From assembly GCF_000007225.1 (NCBI RefSeq), contig NC_003364.1:2130001-2162000 (forward strand): a stretch of DNA of 32,000 nt. The letters are read 5' to 3'. How positions within the stretch are numbered: the first letter of the stretch is position 1; the number at the start of each line of letters is the position of its first letter. The DNA is from Pyrobaculum aerophilum str. IM2 (lineage in GTDB: Archaea > Thermoproteota > Thermoprotei > Thermoproteales > Thermoproteaceae). The notes under the pieces are model-generated. The model searched no databases. It saw only the letters and a program-made list of their open reading frames with translations, and was not told where the DNA came from. A program made the translations under genes and the position numbers. Of this stretch, positions 19,060-27,538 are shown one piece after another.

Positions 19060-19188
19060 CGTCTTGTGATTAATTGTGCGAGGGCAGTGCCGATTTGACA
19101 ATTCTATAATTATAATTAAAATGTTTTAATGAGAATTTTTAAAACGCCTGGCCCTATAAAATACATAAACTGTTTATTGACTGCCGCT

Positions 19189-20316
19189 ATGTACTTTCCA
19201 GGTTTAGAGGGAGTGGTAGTTAAGGAGACAAAAATTTGCCATATAGATCTGGAGAACTCCAAGATATACTACAGGGGCTATGACCTAGAGGAATTGGCCC
19301 AGTACTCCACTTTTGAAGAGGTGGCGTACCTCCTCTGGTTTGGCAAACTGCCCGCTGGGGCTGAGCTGGAGAGGTTTAAAGCCGAGCTGATGATGTATAG
19401 AAAGCCGCCGGAGCATGTGGATGAGGCGGTGAAAATTGCGCCTAAAAACGCCGAGCCAATTGACGTTTTGAGAACAGCGGTATCCGCCATGGCTCTGGGC
19501 GAAGATCTTTCCGACAGAAGCCCCGAGGCGGAGCTGGTGCGGGGGTTGAAAATCACGGCGGCTATGCCCTACATAGTGGCGTCTTTTGACAGGCTCAGGA
19601 GGGGGAGCCAGCCGCTACACCCCGGGGAGGCTAAAAGCCACGCAGAGTACTTCTTGTGGGCGCTGAGGGGCGAGAGGCCGGGGGAGAGGGAGGTTAGGGC
19701 GCTGGACGTGATGTTAATTATATACGCCGAACATTCTATGAACAACAGCGCCTTCACCGCAGTGACTGTGGCCTCTACGCTTTCCGATATGTACGCCGCC
19801 ATCACGGCCGCCATCGCCAGCCTAAAGGGCCCGCTACACGGCGGGGCTAACGTAGATGCGGCGAAGATGTTAGAGGAGATCGGAGACGCCAAGAGGGTGG
19901 AAAGCTGGGTTGACCAGCAACTTTCCAGGGGGAGGAGAATACCCGGGTTTGGGCACAGGCTTTACAAAAAGGGGCCCGACCCGCGGCTTAGGGTTTTAAG
20001 AAAATTGGCCCGGGACTTGGCCTCGGAGAAGGGGGATTTCAAATGGGTAGAACTCGCCGAGAGGCTTGAGGAGTACGTGACGGCGCACCTCTCCCAAAAG
20101 GGCATATACCCCAACACTGACTTGTACGCCGCCGTGATATTCAAATATTTGGGTTAGCCCGTGGATATTAACTTGCCCACATTTGCCATTTCAAGAGTCG
20201 CCGGGTGGGTGGCGCACGTGTTGGAGTACAGACAGACAAACCGCTTAATCCGACCCACTGAGAAATACGTGGGGCCAGTGGGCTTGAAATACGTGCCTAT
20301 AAGTCAGCGGAGTTAG
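19189..20316 (+). pseudogene. gltA: citrate synthase interrupted by a single in-frame TAG (20155-20157)
   Basis: MYFPGLEGVVVKETKICHIDLENSKIYYRGY...GFGHRLYK...YPNTDLYAAVIFKYLG*PVDINLPTFAISRVAGWVAHVLEYRQTNRLIRPTEKYVGP. Homology continues in the same frame for 52 codons after the TAG, to a TAG at 20314-20316. A TATA CTATAAAATA lies about 30 nt upstream of ATG 19189. Confidence 0.8.
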
Positions 20317-20354
20317 TTAACTATATACTTAAATATACTGAAAAATTCACAGCC

Positions 20355-21125
20355 ATGAAAATTGCAGTTCTCGTAAAGACAGCGCTTGACACCGGGCAGT
20401 TGAGAATTAGAGACTCCGTAGTGATTGAAGAGACGCCGTTGAAAATCAGCGATATAGACCGTAACGCCGTTGAGGAGGCGGTGAAATTAAAAGGCCAAGA
20501 CAAGGCCTATGCCGTAACTGTGTTAAAGTGGGGGCCTCTTCAGAAAAAAGTCCAAGAGGCTGAGAACGTGTTGCGCGAAGCTCTGGCCATGGGGCTTGAC
20601 GAGGCGTATTTAATAGCTGATGAGAAATTATTAAACGCGAGCCACGTGGCCACGGCCAAGGCCATAGCGGCAGTGGTTAAAAAAATAGGCGCTGATTTAG
20701 TGCTGGCCGGGGAGGCCACTGTGGACAATTACACAGGACAAATCCCTGCGAGAGTGGCGGCGGAGCTGGGCTGGCCTGTCATCACATACGTAAGAGAGTT
20801 GAAAGTTGAGGGGGGAAAAATCATTGCCAAGAGGGATTTAGAAGATCACGTAGAAGTGGTGGAGGCGCCCCTCCCCTCTGTGGTTTCTGTAACTAGGGAA
20901 ATAAACCAGCCCCGAATACCTACTCTCCTGGCGATTAGAGCCGCCATGAAAAAGCCGGTGAATAAGCTCACGCTCGCCGACTTGGGGCTAGACATTGCGC
21001 CCAAAATTTCCGCGGGCTATAAGCCGCTGGTAATACAGAGGAAGAAAATAGTGATTAAAGACGGCACTCCTGAGGAGAAGGCGGAGAAGTTAATTCAATA
21101 CTTGAGGCAGGAAGGGGTGATATGA
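20355..21125 (+). CDS. etfB: electron transfer flavoprotein beta subunit
   Basis: MKIAVLVKTALD...LVLAGEATVDNYTGQIPARVAAELGWPVITYV is typical EtfB. Confidence 0.9.
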   Translation: MKIAVLVKTALDTGQLRIRDSVVIEETPLKISDIDRNAVEEAVKLKGQDKAYAVTVLKWGPLQKKVQEAENVLREALAMGLDEAYLIADEKLLNASHVATAKAIAAVVKKIGADLVLAGEATVDNYTGQIPARVAAELGWPVITYVRELKVEGGKIIAKRDLEDHVEVVEAPLPSVVSVTREINQPRIPTLLAIRAAMKKPVNKLTLADLGLDIAPKISAGYKPLVIQRKKIVIKDGTPEEKAEKLIQYLRQEGVI

Positions 21126-22021
21126 AAGCGCTAGTAGTATACCCAAATAAAGAACTGTTGTACGCTGCCTCTACTCTCGGAGGGGAGGTTGCCGCCTTGG
21201 TGTTCAGCGAGGGGGAGGCCGAGGCGATCAAGGGCAGGGCCCATAAGATATTCGTAACAAGCGTCGACGCCAGAGCGCCAGACGCCGTGGCTGAGGCTGT
21301 TATAAAAACAGCTCAGGGGTATGACGTAATTCTACTGCCCTCTACGAAAAACGGGAAGACCGTGGGGGGAATAGTGGCGCAACGCCTGGGCGCTGAGTTT
21401 ATAACTGACGTCTTATCGCTCAAGGCCGAGGGCAACGTATTAAAGGCGGAGCGGTACGTCTTCGGCAACAAGGCTGTGGCCTCTGTGGAGGTCCCTGCAC
21501 CGGCGGTTGTATCAGTGGCCTCTGGGAGGTTCCAGGGAGAACCCCCGGCAGTTCAGAGCGATGTGGAGAGGATAGAGGTTAGTGCTACGCCTGTCGTTAA
21601 GGTTTTGTCAATAGAGGAGAAGGCCAGAGGCGCGGTTAAATTAGAAGAGGCTGAGATCATTGTGTCAGTGGGGAGGGGCTTTAAGAAAAAAGAGGATCTC
21701 CAAATGGCCTTTGAGCTCGCAAAAATACTAGGAGGCCAAGTGGGGTGTTCGCGCCCAATCGCCGCGGATTTGAAGTGGCTTCCCGAGGAGCATTGGGTAG
21801 GGCTGTCTGGGAAAAAGGTAAAGCCTAAGCTCTACTTAGCCATTGGCATTTCGGGCCAGCCGCAACACATCGCGGGGATTCTTGACAGCAGAATTATCGC
21901 TGCAATTAACAGCGACCCTTCGGCGCCGATATTCCAAAACGCCGACTACGGCGTTGTGGAGGATTTATATAAAATTGTGCCAATATTAATAAAGAAACTT
22001 GCGTCGGTAAAAAAAGTTTAA
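21122..22021 (+). CDS. etfA: electron transfer flavoprotein alpha subunit
   Basis: C-terminal FAD-binding region VSVGRGFKKKEDL...GCSRPIAADLKWLPEEHWVGLSGKKVKPKLYLAIGISGQPQH. ATGA overlap with etfB. Confidence 0.9.
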   Translation: MKALVVYPNKELLYAASTLGGEVAALVFSEGEAEAIKGRAHKIFVTSVDARAPDAVAEAVIKTAQGYDVILLPSTKNGKTVGGIVAQRLGAEFITDVLSLKAEGNVLKAERYVFGNKAVASVEVPAPAVVSVASGRFQGEPPAVQSDVERIEVSATPVVKVLSIEEKARGAVKLEEAEIIVSVGRGFKKKEDLQMAFELAKILGGQVGCSRPIAADLKWLPEEHWVGLSGKKVKPKLYLAIGISGQPQHIAGILDSRIIAAINSDPSAPIFQNADYGVVEDLYKIVPILIKKLASVKKV

Positions 22022-22405
22022 CATTTTTCCCCCCAGCTCTTTTAAGACGTCTCTAATTGACACAACCCCGACGAGTTCGCCCTGTTTGTTCACCACTACG
22101 AGGTGTCTGATGTTGTGCATTGTCATTAGTTTTGCCGCTTTGCGCACGTCTTCATCCTCCTCTATAGTAACCAAGCCAGGCGACATAAATGCCTCCACAG
22201 GCGTGGATAGGGGCATTTTCATAGCCACAGCCCTTACGATATCCCGCTCCGATAAGACGGCAGGGGGCTTTTTCTGCGTGACGGAGTCTATAACTGCCAA
22301 CGCCCCTATGCTCTCTGCCGCGAGCATCTCCGCCGCCTGAATGAGGCTCTCCTTGGGCGTTATAACCACGGCGCTTCTCCTAATTAAGGACTCTACCGGC
22401 TTCAT
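21986..22405 (-). CDS. CBS-domain pair protein (139 aa)
   Basis: Two CBS-like repeats (…GALAVIDSVTQK…SERDIVRAV… and …HNIRHLVVVNKQGELVGVVSIRDVLKEL). Confidence 0.8.
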   Translation of the reverse strand: MKPVESLIRRSAVVITPKESLIQAAEMLAAESIGALAVIDSVTQKKPPAVLSERDIVRAVAMKMPLSTPVEAFMSPGLVTIEEDEDVRKAAKLMTMHNIRHLVVVNKQGELVGVVSIRDVLKELGGKMLNFFYRRKFLY

Positions 22406-22527
22406 TACTCCTCGGGCTTAGGCCACCACACCTTGTCTCCAATAGTTTTCAAAGCCCTGTCCTCAACTAAGTCGCGTATGGAGACAACGCCGCCGAGTGT
22501 GCCGTCATTATTTAAAACAAGCAAGTG
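22405..22527 (-). pseudogene. 5'-truncated remnant of a second CBS-domain gene
   Basis: The minus-strand frame reads (TGA)[43 protein letters not shown]. This is the C-terminal CBS repeat only. Its TAA overlaps the ATG of the intact CBS gene (TAATG). There is no ATG/GTG start (only a TTG) and no N-terminal part. Confidence 0.55.
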
Positions 22528-24213
22528 TCAAATGGGAGAGCTAATAAAGCCGCGCTCATATGGGTTACTCCGTACTGGGAGGCAAGGGTTTTGAGGTATT
22601 GGGATCTGTACAGAGAGGTAAACCGCCTCTCTGTGCTGTTGAGGTCCCTGGGGGTAGAGAAGGGGGATAGAGTGGCTATTTACATGCCCATGATCCCCGA
22701 GGTCATGATCGCCATGTTGGCAGTTAATAGAATAGGGGCTGTCCACACGGTAGTCTTCTCGGGATTCGGCGCGCAGGCATTAGCAGATAGAATTGTGGAC
22801 TCGGGGGCTAAGCTGGTAATTACAGCAGACGGCATGAGGCGGAGGGGGAAAGTGACGCCCTTAAGCCCACGGTGGACGAGGCGTTGAAAATCGCCGGAGA
22901 CGACGTACAAGTATTGGTGTATAGACACGTCGGAGTTGGGGTGAATATGTGGCCCGGGAAAGACCTCTGGTGGCACGAGGAGACGTCTAAAATCCCGCCT
23001 AATACATACGCCGAGCCTGAGTGGGTTGAAGGGAATGCCCCGCTGTTCATTCTCTACACATCGGGGACCACTGGGAAGCCCAAGGGGATATTACACTTCC
23101 ACGGCCAGTATATGGTTTGGATTAAATACGCCTTTAGCCACTTAGTGGGTGCCGAGAAGGAGTTCAAAGACGACATAGTTTTCTTTTCCACTGCTGAAAT
23201 AGGTTGGATATCGGGCCATCACTACGGCGTTCACGGCCCCTTGCTTAACGGACTGACGGTGTTGTGGTATGAGGACGCCCCAGACTATCCGCACCCCGGC
23301 GTGTGGTGGGAGATCGTAGATGCCTACAAGGTGACTCACGTGTTGTTCTCCCCCACTGCCATTAGGCTTTTGATGAAATACGGAGAGGAATGGCCCATGA
23401 GGTATAAACTCACGACGTTAATGGCACTGTACCCTACGGGGGAGGTTTTAAACGAAGAGGCGTACAACTGGATGAGGAAGTATTTATGTAGAGAGAGGCC
23501 CGACTGTCAAATTGCAGATATATGGGGCCAGACAGAGACGGCGTGTTTCGTCACAGCCCCCGGCTCAATGAACTTGGGGGGTTCCGCTAAAGTACGGCTC
23601 AGTGGGCATGCCCTACCCAACCCTAAGGCTAGTTATACTTGACGACGAGGGAAAGGAGTTGCCCCCAGGCCAAAAGGGACATGTAGCCGTCAAGCCCCCG
23701 TTGCCGCCCGACTTTTTACATACCTTATGGAGAGACCCGGAGGGGTATGTGAAAAGCTACTGCAGCCGCTTCCTCGGCTATTATCTCACCGGGGATGTTG
23801 GGTATATAGACGAAGAGGGACATTTACACATATTGGGCAGATCAGACGACGTGATTAAAATAGCTGGCCACCGCCTCTCCACTAGGGAGGTGGAGGACAT
23901 ATTAACGTCTCACCCGGCCGTAGCTGAGGCGTCTCCCCGACCCAGTTAGGGGAGAGGTGCTGGGGGTTTCGTCGTTCCGAAATTAGGCGCTAAGATAACT
24001 GAAGAGGACGTGGTAAAACACCTAAGGTCTACCCTCGGGCCGGTGGCCGTCGTGGGGAAAGTGGCCGTGTTGAACAAATTGCCCAAGACGAGGATTGGGA
24101 AAGTCATGCGGAGAGTTCTAAGGGCTGTGGCCACAGGCCAGCCGCTGGGAGATTTAAGCACGTTAGAAGAGCAGAAGGCGTTAGAGGAGCTAAAGGCCTT
24201 GTTAAATAAGTAG
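22525..24213 (+). pseudogene. acs: acetyl-CoA synthetase (AMP-forming), 5'-truncated and broken by four frameshifts
   Basis: ACS motifs are spread over five frame segments (22525-22887, 22872-23642, 23602-23949, a short patch at 23936-23986, and 24010-24213): KAALIW..., [53 protein letters not shown]. The first roughly 90 residues of a normal ACS are absent. Confidence 0.85.
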
Positions 24214-24813
24214 CTGTACTCTCACCTCCTCCTCCCTTGCCCCGTTTTTGTCCACAATAGCTAAATCTATGCCGCCGCCAGACACGGGGTCTCTCTCTAT
24301 GGCGGCTTTAAGGGCCTGAACCGCGAGTTTTTTGGCCTCTTCCACCGTGATGTCGGGTCTGTAGCCCGTGTCCAATACCGCAACGGCCAGCTTCGCCCCA
24401 GTGCCCAACGCTGCGTAGTTGTCCTCTATTAAACTGCCGAGGGGATCCATTACAATGAGGTGGGGTCCCTCCTCGTCAATGCCGCCCACGAGCACCTCTG
24501 CGAAAAACGGCATGAAACGCCTGCTGAACATTATAACTGACAGCAGTCTAGCCATGGAGTGGGTGGAGGGCTTTCTTTTCATCTCCAGCTCATAAGCCTT
24601 AGCGTTGAGCTTTAAGATCTTGGCGAGAGTCTGCATATCCGCAATAATCCCCGCGGAGGCTATGGCCAGCTTGTCGTCAATTACAAAAACCTTTTTCCCA
24701 GCGGAGCTGAGAGTGTAAAAGCCGTAGGAAACCCTCTTCTCTGCCGCCAGCACAACGCCGTCTTTAGCCTTTATTCCCACGGCAGTTGCGCCGATTTGTA
24801 CCTCTTCGCCCAT
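24202..24813 (-). CDS. psmB: proteasome beta subunit paralogue (Ala at the canonical Thr1 position)
   Basis: [23 protein letters not shown]...GKKVF aligns with the canonical [17 protein letters not shown]...K33 pattern. Confidence 0.9.
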   Translation of the reverse strand: MGEEVQIGATAVGIKAKDGVVLAAEKRVSYGFYTLSSAGKKVFVIDDKLAIASAGIIADMQTLAKILKLNAKAYELEMKRKPSTHSMARLLSVIMFSRRFMPFFAEVLVGGIDEEGPHLIVMDPLGSLIEDNYAALGTGAKLAVAVLDTGYRPDITVEEAKKLAVQALKAAIERDPVSGGGIDLAIVDKNGAREEEVRVQLLI

Positions 24814-24877
24814 AAGAGGGGCTGTACCTTCTGTTTATAAATATTTAAGAGATTTAAAACCGGGCTTAGGGGGTAAC

Positions 24878-25924
24878 ATGGCTGTTAGAATAGACGGCTC
24901 ATACGGCGAGGGGGGCGGGCAGATATTGAGGACTTCCATAGCCCTCTCCGCGTTGCTGGGAAGGCCTGTGGAAATTGTGAACATCAGAGCTAAGAGGGCC
25001 AACCCAGGCCTCCAGCCGCAACACCTCACGGGCGTAAAGGTCGCCGCGCTGTTAACAGACGCGGAAGTAAAAGGCGCCGAGAAGGGGTCCACCCGCCTTT
25101 ATTTTGAGCCCAAGACCTTGAAGTGCGGGAATTTCAGTATCGACATTGGGACCGCCGGGAGTATTTCGCTAATAGTACAAACGCTAGCCCCAATACTGCT
25201 CTACGCGCCCTGTCCAACGCAAATAACAGTAACTGGGGGTACAGACGTGGCTTGGGCGCCTCCCATTGACTACATGAGGTTTGTCTTCACAAAAGTACTA
25301 GAGCGCTTCGGCGCCAAGCTCAGCATAGAGCTAATTCGGCGTGGCCATTACCCAAGGGGAGGGGGGAGGGCAGTGGTCAGGGCTGAGCCGGTGAAAAGGC
25401 TCAAGGCCGTAGAGTCAGAGGAGTTCGGCAACGTGGTTAAAATCTCGGGAATTTCACACGCAGTAAACCTCCCTCCGCACGTCGCAGAGCGCCAAGCAAA
25501 AGCCGCGAGAGAGGAGCTGTCTAAAATGGGACTAGACGCTGATATTGCCATAGAGGTTAGAAACGACGGCTTGGGCCCGGGAAGCGGCGTTGTGATCTGG
25601 GCGGTGTCAGATGCAGGCAATGTTATCGGCGGCGACTCGCTCGGCGAGAGGGGCAAGCCGGCTGAGACAGTGGGGAAGGAGGCGGCTCAGAAATTAATAG
25701 CTGTGCTCAAGACGCGGGCCTCGGTCGACCCCCACATGGCGGATATGGCAGTGTTGTACATGGCTCTGGCAGAGGGGCGGAGCAGAATATCCACATCAGA
25801 GGAGACAATGCACTTAAAGACTAACATGTACATTATCGAGCAGTTCTTGAGGGTAAAATTCAGTACTATGGAAAAAGCCGGAAGATATACAATTGAAGTA
25901 GAGGGCGTTGGCTATAATCGATAA
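24878..25924 (+). CDS. rtcA: RNA 3'-terminal phosphate cyclase
   Basis: [41 protein letters not shown] is the canonical RtcA N-terminus, and HMADM is present downstream. Confidence 0.9.
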   Translation: MAVRIDGSYGEGGGQILRTSIALSALLGRPVEIVNIRAKRANPGLQPQHLTGVKVAALLTDAEVKGAEKGSTRLYFEPKTLKCGNFSIDIGTAGSISLIVQTLAPILLYAPCPTQITVTGGTDVAWAPPIDYMRFVFTKVLERFGAKLSIELIRRGHYPRGGGRAVVRAEPVKRLKAVESEEFGNVVKISGISHAVNLPPHVAERQAKAAREELSKMGLDADIAIEVRNDGLGPGSGVVIWAVSDAGNVIGGDSLGERGKPAETVGKEAAQKLIAVLKTRASVDPHMADMAVLYMALAEGRSRISTSEETMHLKTNMYIIEQFLRVKFSTMEKAGRYTIEVEGVGYNR

Positions 25925-26823
25925 CGTTGTATCATTAGTGCTATTAAGAATAGGGTTAACATAGGGCTAGACGCTTTGTACATTTTCCACATGGCCTCTT
26001 CCGTTTTTTTAACTGCGGCGTATATGCTTGTGGCTATTGTGGCGGCTACGCCGAGGGCCACTATCGCCCCCCCTGCCCCTCCTCCAAATTGTAAATACAG
26101 CCAGAGGATGTAGGCGGCAGCCGCCGCGTTTATAGCCGATATTACCGCCACTGCCCTCTCTTCTTTTATTAACGCGGGTAACATCGGCACCCCTGCCCTT
26201 TTGTAATCCCCTCTGTATTTAAAAGCTAGGGCCCATATGTGAGAGGGAGTCCAGAGGTATATGGCAAAGGAGATGAGGACGGCGGGGAGGTCCACAGTCC
26301 CCTTGGCCAAGGCGTACCCCCCTAGAAAAACTGCGTTTCCGGCAAAACCCCCTCCGAAAATATTCAGCCAAGTCCTCCTCTTGAGGACAATTGTGTAAAC
26401 CACTGCGTAGAAAAGCCAGCCCAGCAGTACGAAAAGGCCGGGGAGGAGGCCCAGCAGTAAAAAGCCCAGGGAAATCCCCGTTGCTGAAAGGGCGAGGGAG
26501 TAGGCGAGGGCGGCGTTAGGCGTAATTAGCCCGGAGGGAAGAGGCCTTTTAAAAGTCCTCGTCATTAAGGCGTCTATATCCCTCTCCCAGTAGTGATTAA
26601 AAGCAGCAGAGCCCCCAGTGGAGAGAAAAGCCACAGCCAAGAGGGAAAAAAGACGGCTGTCAACGCCGCCCCCGCCGTAAATATAGCCAGCAACAGAGGC
26701 CAAAATAAGGAGCCAAATAACCCGCGGTTTTAATAAAGAGATATAGGGAGACACGAATTTTATATAGTGAGGTAGTGAAAAATATTTATGGAAACTATAA
26801 TGACTTTTTATTTTATAAATCAC
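25912..26823 (-). CDS. ctaB: protohaem IX farnesyltransferase (haem O synthase, UbiA family)
   Basis: [23 protein letters not shown] (UbiA Asp-rich motif) and about 8-9 TM helices. The first 26 codons of the longest ORF are AT-rich and promoter-like. The in-frame GTG at 26745 is an alternative start (278 aa). Confidence 0.88.
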   Translation of the reverse strand: MIYKIKSHYSFHKYFSLPHYIKFVSPYISLLKPRVIWLLILASVAGYIYGGGGVDSRLFSLLAVAFLSTGGSAAFNHYWERDIDALMTRTFKRPLPSGLITPNAALAYSLALSATGISLGFLLLGLLPGLFVLLGWLFYAVVYTIVLKRRTWLNIFGGGFAGNAVFLGGYALAKGTVDLPAVLISFAIYLWTPSHIWALAFKYRGDYKRAGVPMLPALIKEERAVAVISAINAAAAAYILWLYLQFGGGAGGAIVALGVAATIATSIYAAVKKTEEAMWKMYKASSPMLTLFLIALMIQRYRL

Positions 26824-26835
26824 GGAAAAAAGAAA

Positions 26836-27453
26836 TTAAGATTGTGACCTTGCCAGTGCCATCTTAAACATTTCAACTAAGGCGGGGACATATTCCGTCG
26901 CCCACTTGTCGCCGTAGGTCTTCTTAAAGGCTTCGGTCTGGGTGAACATAGTTGGTGCGAGGTCTTTATCGCCTTCTGTTAGAAACTTGGCAACGAGCTG
27001 TGCAGCCTTGTCCAAATTGGCGGCGGGGTTTGTTAACCCGTTTTTCTCAAAATATTCTAACATAATGGGGCCGCCAGCAGTGCCCTTCTCAACGCCTACA
27101 TTGCCGAGAAGAGTCTTTGACAAATCCGGGCCTATATTGCCCCCAACCTCAATGCCAGCGCCTTTTACCGTGTGGCACGCATTACATGCCAGCTCTTTAA
27201 ATAACTGAACGCCCTTTTGGGCGAGTTGCTCATTATAGCTTATTTTAATGGAGGGCGTCGGTTGTTGGCCTATAGGCGTTGTGCCCGTGACGGTAACTGG
27301 CTGGCGCGTCGTTGTGACAGGCGATTCTGTTACAGTAGTTGATATCACTTCTGTTTTTGTCCTCACCTCAACGCCCGGCTGATAGGTAAACGCCAATGCG
27401 CCCACGACAATGCCTATTATCGCTATTACTGCGTATACTACATCTTTGCCCAT
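26836..27453 (-). CDS. membrane-anchored monohaem c-type cytochrome
   Basis: N-terminal TM helix (VVYAVIAIIGIVVGALAF), a Thr/Pro/Val-rich linker (TTVTESPVTTTRQPVTVTGTTPIGQQPTPS), and a single CNACH haem-c motif in a roughly 120-aa C-terminal domain. Confidence 0.8.
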   Translation of the reverse strand: MGKDVVYAVIAIIGIVVGALAFTYQPGVEVRTKTEVISTTVTESPVTTTRQPVTVTGTTPIGQQPTPSIKISYNEQLAQKGVQLFKELACNACHTVKGAGIEVGGNIGPDLSKTLLGNVGVEKGTAGGPIMLEYFEKNGLTNPAANLDKAAQLVAKFLTEGDKDLAPTMFTQTEAFKKTYGDKWATEYVPALVEMFKMALARSQS

Positions 27454-27538
27454 GGGGTTCCAAAGCAGGTGTGCACAAAAACAATTTGGTTAACGGGATT
27501 AACACAAAAACTTATGACATATCGGGGGCAGTACGTTC
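27454..27538. promoter_or_regulatory. divergent promoter region between the cytochrome c and nirS genes
   Basis: 85-bp gap containing a 9-bp direct repeat CACAAAAAC (27474-27482 and 27503-27511) and TGGTTAAC (27487-27494). Confidence 0.5.

Noticed and set aside
19129-19188. N-terminal extension of citrate synthase (MRIFKTPGPIKYINCLLTAA)
   Set aside because: The extension covers the TATA box (19154-19163). Archaeal citrate synthases start close to the GLEGV motif, which fits ATG 19189.
20155-20157. TAG in citrate synthase as a pyrrolysine codon
   Set aside because: Pyrrolysine decoding is known from methanogens and a few bacteria, not from Crenarchaeota. No pyl genes or other in-frame TAGs are evident in the window. 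A nonsense mutation, a sequencing error or low-level read-through are simpler explanations.
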